Shown piece after piece: positions 30,008 through 39,557 of a stretch of DNA of 64,000 bases. Within the stretch, counting starts at the first letter, position 1. Every line of letters starts with the position of its first letter. The translations under genes were made by a program, and so were the position numbers. The notes beneath the pieces were generated by a model. It saw only the letters and a program-made list of their open reading frames with translations, was not told the origin of the DNA and ran no database searches. Where the stretch lies: contig JAHHIK010000010.1 in the NCBI GenBank assembly GCA_019358935.1, forward strand, positions 42,188-106,187. Direction: 5' to 3'. The stretch comes from Tolypothrix carrinoi HA7290-LM1. GTDB lineage: Bacteria; Cyanobacteriota; Cyanobacteriia; Cyanobacteriales; Nostocaceae.

Positions 30008-31153
30008 TTATCTTTTTTTCTTAATGTCTGCTAGTACGCGATCGTAGATTGCTTCGATTTGTTGCACCATTAAATTAGCATCAAATAGTTGCCGTGTAAG
30101 TTGACGGGCATTGTTCCCCAGTCTTTCTCTTTCTTCTGGATGTTGCAATAAGTAGTTTAAATGTTCAGCTAGCTGTTCTACATCCTTTGCAGGAAAAAGC
30201 AAGCCTGTTTCATTGTGATGCACAATTTCGGGAATGCCATAGATATTAGGAACAACAACGGGCTTTCCGATTAGCATAGCTTCAGTCATGGCGCGTCCTA
30301 AGCCTTCCCATAGAGAGGATAAAGCAAAAACATCGGAAACTTTCAGAATTTCCGGAACATCTTCTCGTGAACCTAGGAATCTTACTTTATCTGCTATACC
30401 AAGTTGTTGGACTTGACTTTTTAGACTATTAAGAAGTTTGCCATCGCCAACTAACAGTAACAGAGTGTTGGGATGATGTTCTAGAACTTTGGCAAAGGCA
30501 TCTATAACAAAGTAAGGAGCTTTTTGTTCGTCTAAGCGACCTACTATGGAAATTGTTTGCCAAGCTTCAGGAATTTTGAGGGTATGTCGAGTATGTTGAA
30601 GATTAGAGGGACGATCTAATTTGGCAAAGTCGATGCCACTGTATACTGTTTGTGAATTGTCTAAGCTGAGAATGTTAAGCTTTGCTGCTTCTTGACGGTT
30701 AAGTTCGCTAACAGTGATAAAGAAATCTGTAAAAGGACGAACGCTGCGTTCTATATTGATATAGAATTGGCGTTTCCATTTAGGCATAAAGTCATGAAAT
30801 GGAAAGCCATGAATAGTATGTACAACAGGAATTCCTACTATTTTGCCAGCCCAACGCCCCAAGATTCCTGCTTTGGAACTGTGGGTATGGAGGAGATCGA
30901 ATTTTTCTTGTCGAAGTAACCTTACAATTCCGATTAGCGTCGCAATATCTTGTAAGGGACTGAGCGGATTAACAAGATTGGGAAGGGGGTGAAAAACATC
31001 TGCTGCTTTTTGTGCCCGTTCTTGCCAGAAACCGTTGGGATTAGAGGCGAGGTGAACTTCAAAAGATGAGGGATTATGTTTCTCTATAGTTAGGAGCGTA
31101 TTGTCTTGTGCCCCCCCGATAGTGATACTAGTAATCAAGTGTAGAACTTTCAT
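30008..31153 (-). CDS. Glycosyltransferase family 4
   Basis: Motifs HTHSSKAG and SLWEGLGRAMTEAM. Confidence 0.9.
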   Translation of the reverse strand: MKVLHLITSITIGGAQDNTLLTIEKHNPSSFEVHLASNPNGFWQERAQKAADVFHPLPNLVNPLSPLQDIATLIGIVRLLRQEKFDLLHTHSSKAGILGRWAGKIVGIPVVHTIHGFPFHDFMPKWKRQFYINIERSVRPFTDFFITVSELNRQEAAKLNILSLDNSQTVYSGIDFAKLDRPSNLQHTRHTLKIPEAWQTISIVGRLDEQKAPYFVIDAFAKVLEHHPNTLLLLVGDGKLLNSLKSQVQQLGIADKVRFLGSREDVPEILKVSDVFALSSLWEGLGRAMTEAMLIGKPVVVPNIYGIPEIVHHNETGLLFPAKDVEQLAEHLNYLLQHPEERERLGNNARQLTRQLFDANLMVQQIEAIYDRVLADIKKKR

Positions 31154-31371
31154 CGTTTAAACATAAGGAGAGTCCAAAGATGCTATTGCCAATTGCAATT
31201 TCCCGATAGATGTTCTGCTCATTTACTTCTAATAGGCTGATTGTTTCAAGTTCCGATTCTATAAATGGTTCAGCAATACCAATTCATTCGTTCTTTTGCA
31301 GACCAGCAGGCAAAGGTTCAGGATGAGTATTCGTACCATTCCAGGTGAGAAAACATTTCTTGGACAAGTCA

Positions 31372-32172
31372 CTACAGCCCAGGTAATCTGCGTTGGAGGG
31401 TAGCTTTAAAGAAAAATGGCAGTCCCTTAAATATGTTCAGCAATTTTAAATAAAGCTTGCCCTTTATAGTGATGCCACGATAACAGTTAAAATTTTTGAC
31501 GATTTCTCCACCAAATTTCTCTTTAAACTCGTTAATGCCTAGTTTTTCGCGATCTGTATTACCAACATACCAACCTCCCCAATCATAAATCCCAATTCCT
31601 GAATTTTTGAATCTCACCATATCCTGCCAGTGATGGTAACGATTTGCCCTTCCTAAGATTGACTGATAAGAAGTATCGTCATTTTTTTTAAGAGACGCAG
31701 AATACGAAAGACACACTCTATTTTTACTACGATAGTAAACATGCCAAACCAGAGGACTACCATCTTTTAACTTGACACATGAAATATCGATAACTCCAGC
31801 TTCTGCGCGTCTTTTTAGCCTACTTCTGTTCATCTTGGACAAATCTTTTTGTAAAGCAAATAAATCATAGAAATCAGAAAAAATATTGATAATATCAGAG
31901 TCAGGTTGTTCCCAATATTCATAAACAACATCATCTTTTTGCTCTGCTCGCCTAATCTTATATCTGTCATTCTTACCTATACTTTCGTAGAGTTCATCAT
32001 GACTTTTAGTTAGGTCTATCAGTCTTGTGTGAAATTCATCAGACTGAACACCCTCAATTGGGTGCGTCCATTGCATGTAATGGAGTGCATCTACATCATG
32101 TATTTCCCCTGGATCTTCATCAAACCAGACTTCCCCTACTGAAAAAATCAGTTTCTTTGTGACAATAACCAT
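31372..32172 (-). CDS. FemAB/GNAT-like protein in the EPS cluster
   Basis: IDLTKS..EL, RYKIRRAE, ANRY.HW.DM..FK..G...YDWGG and FKEKFGG. Confidence 0.7.
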   Translation of the reverse strand: MVIVTKKLIFSVGEVWFDEDPGEIHDVDALHYMQWTHPIEGVQSDEFHTRLIDLTKSHDELYESIGKNDRYKIRRAEQKDDVVYEYWEQPDSDIINIFSDFYDLFALQKDLSKMNRSRLKRRAEAGVIDISCVKLKDGSPLVWHVYYRSKNRVCLSYSASLKKNDDTSYQSILGRANRYHHWQDMVRFKNSGIGIYDWGGWYVGNTDREKLGINEFKEKFGGEIVKNFNCYRGITIKGKLYLKLLNIFKGLPFFFKATLQRRLPGL

Positions 32173-32287
32173 CTTTTATTTCTCCTATATCATTGATTAA
32201 ACTCATTGAAACCGTACTCAGCAGTAACAGTTTTGAACTCAAATTGCTTGAAAATAAACCTGTTAAAAAGCAAATTCTTACCAGGAT

Positions 32288-33235
32288 TTAACCTCGACCA
32301 TCTACACAAGCAATCCATTTGCCGTCATGGATGAAATGAGGGTCGATGTGGTGCATACCACCACTATTCCAACCAGAACTACTCGGTTTCAACACTAAAC
32401 TTTTTTCAATTTCTCTTTCTTGATAATTTGTAGTCGTTAACTCGGTAATCTCAAATGCTCTTACCTGAGTACCATAAGCAGGCTGACAGTCTTGGGTAAA
32501 ACGAAAAATTTTATCATTCATCATCAAAACTCTACCTGCTGGTCTAGCTATGTGTGCATTGTTGTTGACAATTGGACTCTTTGGATGTTCCAACCAAGAA
32601 CCGAGCAAATCCTCTGCATAGTAAAGACGCAGGGTGTCATGTTTGTGATGAGAATTAGTTTCAGCAAATATCCACCATTTGTCAGCGTAACGGAAAATAG
32701 AGGAATCTACAAAGAATCCATCATTAAGGAGATTGCCAACGAAACTCCATTCTGTGGGAAAATTTGATGCCTTATAAAGTCGGATTGAGTTTGCTTGATG
32801 ACTTTCTGGAATCAAGTAATATTCATTTTTCCATTCAAAAACGTAGGGATAAGATAAGTGAAATAGTTCGGCAATTACAATCTGTTGATACTTCCAACTA
32901 GCTCCATCTTCACTAGTTGCAAATGCAATTTCTCCTCGACGTGTACTTTGATTCAAAACCTCAAAAAACATGAACCAGGTTAGCCCAACTTTAATCATAA
33001 AGGGGTCTGCAACACATGCGGCTCTGACATCTGATACATCTCTACGAGTCAGTACGGGATTTTTTGCACCCGTAGAACTGGCTAAATCAAAAGGAGATTT
33101 GCCAGAATAAATGCCAATTGACCACCTTCCCTTTTTATTTAATGCCCCTAATGGCAGTTTATTTACTATGGGAATAGGCAGATTATTCACTAATGTATAG
33201 TGCAGTTCTTTGATGCTCTTTTTCAATAATTCCAT
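32288..33235 (-). CDS. Beta-propeller glycoside-hydrolase-like protein (GINT1 N-terminal-like)
   Basis: Motifs WSIGIY.G, ADPF, HLSYPYVF, YLIPES, ARPAG and HHID. The start is uncertain; the ORF extends to 33319. Confidence 0.7.
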   Translation of the reverse strand: MELLKKSIKELHYTLVNNLPIPIVNKLPLGALNKKGRWSIGIYSGKSPFDLASSTGAKNPVLTRRDVSDVRAACVADPFMIKVGLTWFMFFEVLNQSTRRGEIAFATSEDGASWKYQQIVIAELFHLSYPYVFEWKNEYYLIPESHQANSIRLYKASNFPTEWSFVGNLLNDGFFVDSSIFRYADKWWIFAETNSHHKHDTLRLYYAEDLLGSWLEHPKSPIVNNNAHIARPAGRVLMMNDKIFRFTQDCQPAYGTQVRAFEITELTTTNYQEREIEKSLVLKPSSSGWNSGGMHHIDPHFIHDGKWIACVDGRG

Positions 33236-33358
33236 CTGTAAATTACGCTGTGAATAACTGGAGATTTTTGACGATTTTAAACTTATTATCAGATGACAAA
33301 TAGAGAAAGTGATTAGCATGAAAAATTACGTTTTCACCTCCATGAAAAACTTTGCTTG

Positions 33359-34465
33359 TTATTTAAGTATTTCCTCGTATACTGCTTTAGTCTCATTTAT
33401 CATTCGCTCAACTGTAAATTCTTGCTCAAATTTTTGTCTACCCGCTTCACCCATTTGCTGACGAAGGTCAGGAGACTGAATGAGAGTTTGCAATGCGTTA
33501 GCCAGTGCTTGTACATCTTTACGCGGTACTAGTAAGCCTGTTTTACCATGCTCAACTTCTTCAGGAATACCATTGACGCTAGTTGCCACAACAGGTAGAC
33601 CAGCACGCATAGCTTCTAGAATACTGATAGGCAAACCTTCATAATGGGTACTGAGAATAAAGATTTGAGATTGGGCTAATAAATTGGGTACATCTGTTCT
33701 GTCACCTAAAAAAGAAACTTTTTCTGCAATTCCAAGGGAATGTGCTAAATCTTTGCAAAATTCCAGAGATGAACCACTACCAACCAAATCAAGGTGGTAG
33801 TCGTGGTTAGACAATTGAGCGATCGCTTTCAGTAAGGTAGTTTGGTCTTTTTGTTCATTAAAACGTGCCACCATAATCAGTTTAGGTGGCTGTTGTGAAG
33901 AATTAGCAATAGGCACAGGATTGTTAGCAATACCATTGCGAATAGTGCAGAGTGAATTTTGATTACCAACTCCAAGACTTAGAGCTAGTTGGCGATCGCT
34001 CTCACAAACGCAGATCAGTTTTGCTGTTAATGGTGTCAATAATTTTTCAGATATCAATGCAATGAATCCACGAAGTTTTGGGCTTCCAGGAGTAAATCCC
34101 CAACCGTGAGCGGTGAATACAACAGGTATTTTGCAAACCCATCCAGCGATACGTGCTACCACACCAGCTTTACTACTGGCTGCATGGATGATATCTGGTT
34201 TAATTTTTTTGATTAAAGAAACACATTCTTTAATTGCTAACAAGTCACTAAATAAATTAATACTACGGGTCAAATTTGAAATTATATATAATCTCGCCTT
34301 TAAATTTGTAGCATTCTTTGCGAGCAGACCATAAGTGCCTGTTGCGAGGTGAATTTCGTAATCTGAACGAAAGTTTGAAATCAGCTCGTAAACATTTGTC
34401 TGAGCGCCACCTAATTCCGATTTTGTAATGATATATAGCAGTACTCGCTTATTTTGAATAATCAT
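33359..34465 (-). CDS. Glycosyltransferase family 4
   Basis: Motifs ELGGAQ, FTAHGW and YEGLPISILEAM. Confidence 0.9.
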   Translation of the reverse strand: MIIQNKRVLLYIITKSELGGAQTNVYELISNFRSDYEIHLATGTYGLLAKNATNLKARLYIISNLTRSINLFSDLLAIKECVSLIKKIKPDIIHAASSKAGVVARIAGWVCKIPVVFTAHGWGFTPGSPKLRGFIALISEKLLTPLTAKLICVCESDRQLALSLGVGNQNSLCTIRNGIANNPVPIANSSQQPPKLIMVARFNEQKDQTTLLKAIAQLSNHDYHLDLVGSGSSLEFCKDLAHSLGIAEKVSFLGDRTDVPNLLAQSQIFILSTHYEGLPISILEAMRAGLPVVATSVNGIPEEVEHGKTGLLVPRKDVQALANALQTLIQSPDLRQQMGEAGRQKFEQEFTVERMINETKAVYEEILK

Positions 34466-34468
34466 ACA

Positions 34469-35290
34469 CTACAGTTCTTTTTCTTTGGAACCTGCTAACA
34501 CACGACGAAGGAAAGATTTTAAATCTTTAGGCAAATAACAATAAACGTATCGACCCAAAGGATAGATTCCCATCCACAATGGTAAATTCAGTTCCTGAAT
34601 GGCTTGCCACTGTACACCAGCTAACTGTTTTTGACGATAGGAATATTCAAAATTACGATGCCAAAAACTTTTTGGGTGAACCCAATGTGTACCTAAAGTT
34701 TCGGGAATACTTGCCAAAAGCCAACCATACTTGGCAAATGTAATCCACAACCGTAAATCTTCTAAATCCTCCACATCAGGATATCCTCTGGCTTGTAACA
34801 AAGCTTGTTTCCTGAAAGCGACTAGTGTGTGAGCAAAAGGTACGCATTTTGCCATTGTCTTTATAAGTTGATCGTGCTCAGTTGCAGGCATTCTCACATA
34901 ACGTTCTTTTCGATTCTCGTCTTCTACGATGTAATTACATCCAACAACACCAACTTGTGGATGAGCATCCAAAAATTCTACCTGGAGACGGAGCCGCTCT
35001 GGGCAACTAGTATCATCAAAATCCTGTCTGGCAATATACTCTGTTTGAGTGTTTGCGATCGCATAATTCAGAGCTTTGGTAAAACCCAGCCTTCCTGGTG
35101 ACAGAACTTTAACCCGCGCATCTTTTTTAGCTACTTCTGCAAGCAATTGTGGTGTTGCATCTGTAGAACCATCATCTACAATAATCCATTCAAAATCACT
35201 GTATGTTTGATTCAAAATGCTGGGAATCGCTCTATCAAAATATTGCTCACCGTTATACACTGTGGTGACAACTGAAAGTTTTTTAAACAT
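34469..35290 (-). CDS. Glycosyltransferase family 2
   Basis: Motifs YNGE.Y, IIVDDGSTD and ARQDFDD. Confidence 0.9.
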   Translation of the reverse strand: MFKKLSVVTTVYNGEQYFDRAIPSILNQTYSDFEWIIVDDGSTDATPQLLAEVAKKDARVKVLSPGRLGFTKALNYAIANTQTEYIARQDFDDTSCPERLRLQVEFLDAHPQVGVVGCNYIVEDENRKERYVRMPATEHDQLIKTMAKCVPFAHTLVAFRKQALLQARGYPDVEDLEDLRLWITFAKYGWLLASIPETLGTHWVHPKSFWHRNFEYSYRQKQLAGVQWQAIQELNLPLWMGIYPLGRYVYCYLPKDLKSFLRRVLAGSKEKEL

Positions 35291-35313
35291 AGAAAATATT
35301 CCCAAATTAGTAA

Positions 35314-36465
35314 TTAAAATTTACCCGAAAGTTCAGCTGGAATCTGACGTTTTTTTAGAAAATTGCAATACAATTGCTCCCACTGTGTAACAACTTCTTC
35401 TGTGCTGTAGTTAGCAACAACAAAATCTCTGCCTTTTTGCCCCATTTTTAATCGTTCTATCTCTGGTATTGCCATCATTTTCAACATTGCTTCGGCTAGG
35501 GCTTGAGGATTTTTTGATGATACTAAAAATCCACTTTCGCCATCCAATACTATCTCTTTTATACCGCCAACGTCTGTAGAAACAATTGGTAGTTGTGTTG
35601 CTGCTGCTTCTAATAAAACCATTGGCATTCCTTCCCAAGCAGAAGACTTTAAATATGCGTCAGCGGCATTCATTAATGCCACCACATCACTACGAGCGCC
35701 TAAAAATCTGACATTTGACTCGATTTGTAGCTCTTTTACTAATTCTTCAATGTCTAACTTGAGTTTTCCTATCCCGACAATAATTAACAAAGCGTTTGGG
35801 TTTTGCTTTAAGACAATCGCAAATGCTTTGATTGTGGTGGGATAATCTTTCGGTGGATCGAAGCGCCCAACTGCTAACCATATAAATTTATCTCCAAGTC
35901 CTAATTTAGAACGAATATTACTTCTTATTTCTGAGTCAAATTTAAATTTATTTGTGTTCACAAAGTTAGGAAGAAATCTTGCTTTTTCTCTGGGAACTAG
36001 TCCTATCTGAATATAACGTTCTACTCCAGCTTTACTTGTATTAATTGTCAAATCGCAAAGAAAGTCAGTAAATTTGTAAGCAATTTCTCGCCAACGCGCA
36101 CCATTACTTTCATCTACGCTATGAGCTGTAGAGATGATAACTGGAACCCTTGTAAAAAGTCGGACGATTCTGGCTAACAAATTTGCATGTAACATATGAG
36201 AATGCAGGATGTGAGGTTGCCAGTCATTTATCAGGTGTATCAATTTCGGGATTACTCTTGGTTCTGGAACGCCTGGTGACATATTAAGAGTCGCAATATC
36301 AAATCCGTGAGACTGAGCCTCTAATCCCATAACTCCAAGAGGCACCATTGACAAAATCTTAACTTGATGACCTCTGTTAATAAGATTAGAAGCCAGTGCT
36401 ATTACTTGCTGATCTGCTCCTCCTAGACCTAAGCTAGTAGATAATATTAGAATTCTCAATTTCAT
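35314..36465 (-). CDS. Glycosyltransferase family 4
   Basis: Motifs LGLGGA, HSHM.HAN and WEGMPMVLLEA. Confidence 0.9.
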   Translation of the reverse strand: MKLRILILSTSLGLGGADQQVIALASNLINRGHQVKILSMVPLGVMGLEAQSHGFDIATLNMSPGVPEPRVIPKLIHLINDWQPHILHSHMLHANLLARIVRLFTRVPVIISTAHSVDESNGARWREIAYKFTDFLCDLTINTSKAGVERYIQIGLVPREKARFLPNFVNTNKFKFDSEIRSNIRSKLGLGDKFIWLAVGRFDPPKDYPTTIKAFAIVLKQNPNALLIIVGIGKLKLDIEELVKELQIESNVRFLGARSDVVALMNAADAYLKSSAWEGMPMVLLEAAATQLPIVSTDVGGIKEIVLDGESGFLVSSKNPQALAEAMLKMMAIPEIERLKMGQKGRDFVVANYSTEEVVTQWEQLYCNFLKKRQIPAELSGKF

Positions 36466-36527
36466 ATGTTATGTTCCTCAACTTTATACATATTGAATAC
36501 AATCAACATTTTTACTAAAAAATACAG

Positions 36528-37775
36528 TTAGATATACGGTATTGCCGGAGATTTTCTTGCCTGACCCAATTCTTTTGAGTAGTCTAATATACTTGTGGTT
36601 GTTATAATTAATATGAGAGTTGAAGGCAGCCTCCATCTTTCAGCCCCTCCTGCATTTTTAGTCACAGAGCCAAAAGCAAGGGCAACAAAAAATAATGAAA
36701 GTAATAATAATTTTATCCTTTCATTGCTTTTAAAAAGTTTCCAGCCTTTTTTTAGTGCTTGAAAGCATAGTAAAAATAGAATTAATGCCTGTAGTGAACT
36801 ACCAGCTGCAAATGCAGTACGGACATCCCAAGGCATTGGTGAAAACATGAAATAGAAACCTTGAAGAGGTGAATACCAAATCCAATCAAAAGGAGTTCTG
36901 GGGTAAACACCCTGAAGGTAGGCAGAATTCCCTTCTTCTCTCATTTCTAAATAACCTAAGGTGCCTTCTGTAGATTCAAATATCATCCCACTATTATTTC
37001 CTTGAGATAATTGCTGATATATACCAACCGTTGCAAAAGTGATTAACAGTGTCAGGATAATAGAAATGAAATATAGAATTGGACGTATGTACGGTGAAAT
37101 TTTTAATTTTCCCACCTGAGTTAAGAATGCTAGTGAAGCAATTGGTATGAAATAGGCTATGTAATGTATTCTTAGATAACAACTAAAAAACACCCCTATG
37201 CATGTATAAAGTTGTGCTAGTAAGTTGTTGCGAGCTTTTGGATAACTAATTATTGCAAGCAAACCAGATATGCCAAATAGAACTGCTAGGACACTAGGTG
37301 CAGCGCGTCCAACCTCAATGTTGTAACGCAACCAAGTTGGCCAGAATATGACAAGCGCTGCCTGTAACTCACTGAGTTTTTTCCCGAAGATAATTTGGTT
37401 AATCCATACCAGTGGAGCAATAGCAGCTACACCTAAAGTTGCATTGAAAGTTCTTATGACCCAAAGTCCAGACTCTCCAAAGGCATTGAATATCCAGCCT
37501 GGATAGAGGATATTATAGAAGGGAACGTGTGGTTCGATATAGCCAAAGAGATCAGTACTTACAGCCTGACTAAATCTTTCTAAGTAGGGCAAGTAGTCCT
37601 CGATATCAGCATCCCCGAAGAAATGTGTCTCCTCCTGAATAAAAATCAAAAATAGCCTGACTATAAATCCTAGAACGACGATAAATAAATACTTTTTTAA
37701 AAAAGCATTTATCCAAAGAAATAGTAAAAGTGTAATTACTGCAACTAATAGAACAGGAAAGAAATTGGAAGCCAT
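36528..37775 (-). CDS. Putative polysaccharide polymerase (Wzy-like)
   Basis: About 10 TM segments, AT-rich, located inside a Wzx/Wzc cluster. Confidence 0.6.
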   Translation of the reverse strand: MASNFFPVLLVAVITLLLFLWINAFLKKYLFIVVLGFIVRLFLIFIQEETHFFGDADIEDYLPYLERFSQAVSTDLFGYIEPHVPFYNILYPGWIFNAFGESGLWVIRTFNATLGVAAIAPLVWINQIIFGKKLSELQAALVIFWPTWLRYNIEVGRAAPSVLAVLFGISGLLAIISYPKARNNLLAQLYTCIGVFFSCYLRIHYIAYFIPIASLAFLTQVGKLKISPYIRPILYFISIILTLLITFATVGIYQQLSQGNNSGMIFESTEGTLGYLEMREEGNSAYLQGVYPRTPFDWIWYSPLQGFYFMFSPMPWDVRTAFAAGSSLQALILFLLCFQALKKGWKLFKSNERIKLLLLSLFFVALAFGSVTKNAGGAERWRLPSTLILIITTTSILDYSKELGQARKSPAIPYI

Positions 37776-37998
37776 TTACTGTTGTTTACTTGTAATTTGG
37801 CAAAGATATTTATTTACCAATTAAGTATGAAAATTTATACTTAAATTTAGATGAAAGCGAAAAGCGACTTTTATAAGCAACTGAAAAGAAAAACTTATGC
37901 AGGATCATTTTACTAATTATCATAAAACACTGTTAGCAATAAACTAAATTATATAAGTGTTTTTTTACTTGAATAAGACTTTTGTTCATTTGGGAAAT

Positions 37999-39483
37999 CT
38001 ACTTTTTTGAAAACCATAATGAAATATTGGGTTTTATATTCTGCGTATCAATAAACCATTTATTCAAAGCTATTATCTGTAAAATTTCCAAAAATAGTAT
38101 TACATAAAAATGTTTAATAAGCGAAAAACTGACGATCGCAAAAATAAAAAATAATGTTAGGGGAATCTTATACCATTTACACCATATTTTTGGACTTATG
38201 TCTAGCTGATTCATTGCTAATAATATTGCAAACAAAATACACAGATATCCTGCATTTCCTAGAACAGCTCCTATTAATCCGAACCTATTTGAAAAAATGA
38301 AAATTAACACAATAGAAAGTAGGCTACTGAATAAGTGAATTACTAGATTCTCTACAACTGCATTCACACTGAACAAAACATAATATCCGACTGCATACAA
38401 CGAATAGAGTGTCTCAATGATAATCTCAATTCGGAATGCCAAAATATATTCACTCTTTACTACATCTCCAAGCATTACATGCATCAGAAACGGTGCCAGT
38501 GTAAAAAAAGCAGTTCCTAGCCCTAATGCAACTAGTGTATTAATTTCAACTGCTTGCTTAATCTGTTGTTGCAGCTTAGTTTTATCTTTATCTAGTATTG
38601 TTATTATCTTGCTGAGAGCAGGAAGTAAAGGCTGCACAGGTAAATCTGATAATCGATTAATCACTGTTGTGAGATCGGTAATTGTTGCATAAACTCCCAA
38701 TACCTTAGAACCTAATAAAGCTCCTACAATTAGGCGATCGCCTCTGGCAAAAATCATTCCACCCAACGAGGTTAGCCAGGTCATCAGACTATATCGAGCT
38801 ATTGCTAATCCTCTTTTTTTGTTCCAGTTTACGTGCAGTTTCATGTTACGGGTTAAAGTTCGGAACACCCAAACATGACTCAATAAAATTGCTATAGCTG
38901 CTACAGCTTGCCACTGCATGAGGGCGATTGTCCGTCCTCCTAGCCAAGTCACTATTAACATTCCAAAAGAAAGCAATAGCGATTCAATTGTATTGAATAA
39001 ATTTGTCAAGTCATAACGTTGATAGGCTTGTTCCACACCAATCAAAACCCTTTGAAGCAATCTTGCCCACACTACTAACCCACCAATCTGTAAAGCATGT
39101 TGAATTGTTAGTTGTTGGACTTGTCCTAATTTAGGAAATAAACTAACAATTAGTTCAGCACCAAATAACAGAGAAATAGCGGCAAGAGTTGCAAATATCA
39201 GCATTCCCCCAAAGGTTACAGTCAATGTCTCTGAAAGAGAATTGGATAAATCATCGACATCTTCTTTTACTATGTCCTGTGAGACAAATACTGTAGTTGC
39301 GACAGAAAGACCTGCCTCGGCTAAATTAACCACTTGCACCACTGCATAAGCCAGTGTCCACAACCCATATTCCTCAATTCCCAGCATCCGAATTAGTATG
39401 GGAATTGTGAGTACAGCTAGTCCAATTCGGACTGCTCCCCCCACTGTATTGTAGAAACCATTCTTTAGTAAACTATTTTTCAC
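37999..39483 (-). CDS. wzx: Oligosaccharide flippase (Wzx)
   Basis: LIRMLG.EEYGLW and DRLIVG.LLG...LGVY, with 12-14 TM segments. Confidence 0.85.
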   Translation of the reverse strand: MKNSLLKNGFYNTVGGAVRIGLAVLTIPILIRMLGIEEYGLWTLAYAVVQVVNLAEAGLSVATTVFVSQDIVKEDVDDLSNSLSETLTVTFGGMLIFATLAAISLLFGAELIVSLFPKLGQVQQLTIQHALQIGGLVVWARLLQRVLIGVEQAYQRYDLTNLFNTIESLLLSFGMLIVTWLGGRTIALMQWQAVAAIAILLSHVWVFRTLTRNMKLHVNWNKKRGLAIARYSLMTWLTSLGGMIFARGDRLIVGALLGSKVLGVYATITDLTTVINRLSDLPVQPLLPALSKIITILDKDKTKLQQQIKQAVEINTLVALGLGTAFFTLAPFLMHVMLGDVVKSEYILAFRIEIIIETLYSLYAVGYYVLFSVNAVVENLVIHLFSSLLSIVLIFIFSNRFGLIGAVLGNAGYLCILFAILLAMNQLDISPKIWCKWYKIPLTLFFIFAIVSFSLIKHFYVILFLEILQIIALNKWFIDTQNIKPNISLWFSKK

Positions 39484-39557
39484 TAAAAATATTCTCGTTA
39501 GATAAATTACTTTTTTTGAACATACAGAATAAATTGCTTAAAACTCAAACTAAATGG

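Noticed and set aside
31200..31371. Possible gene remnant downstream of the FemAB-like gene
   Set aside because: A protein-like minus-strand frame with an internal stop exists, but I cannot assign it to any family without a search.
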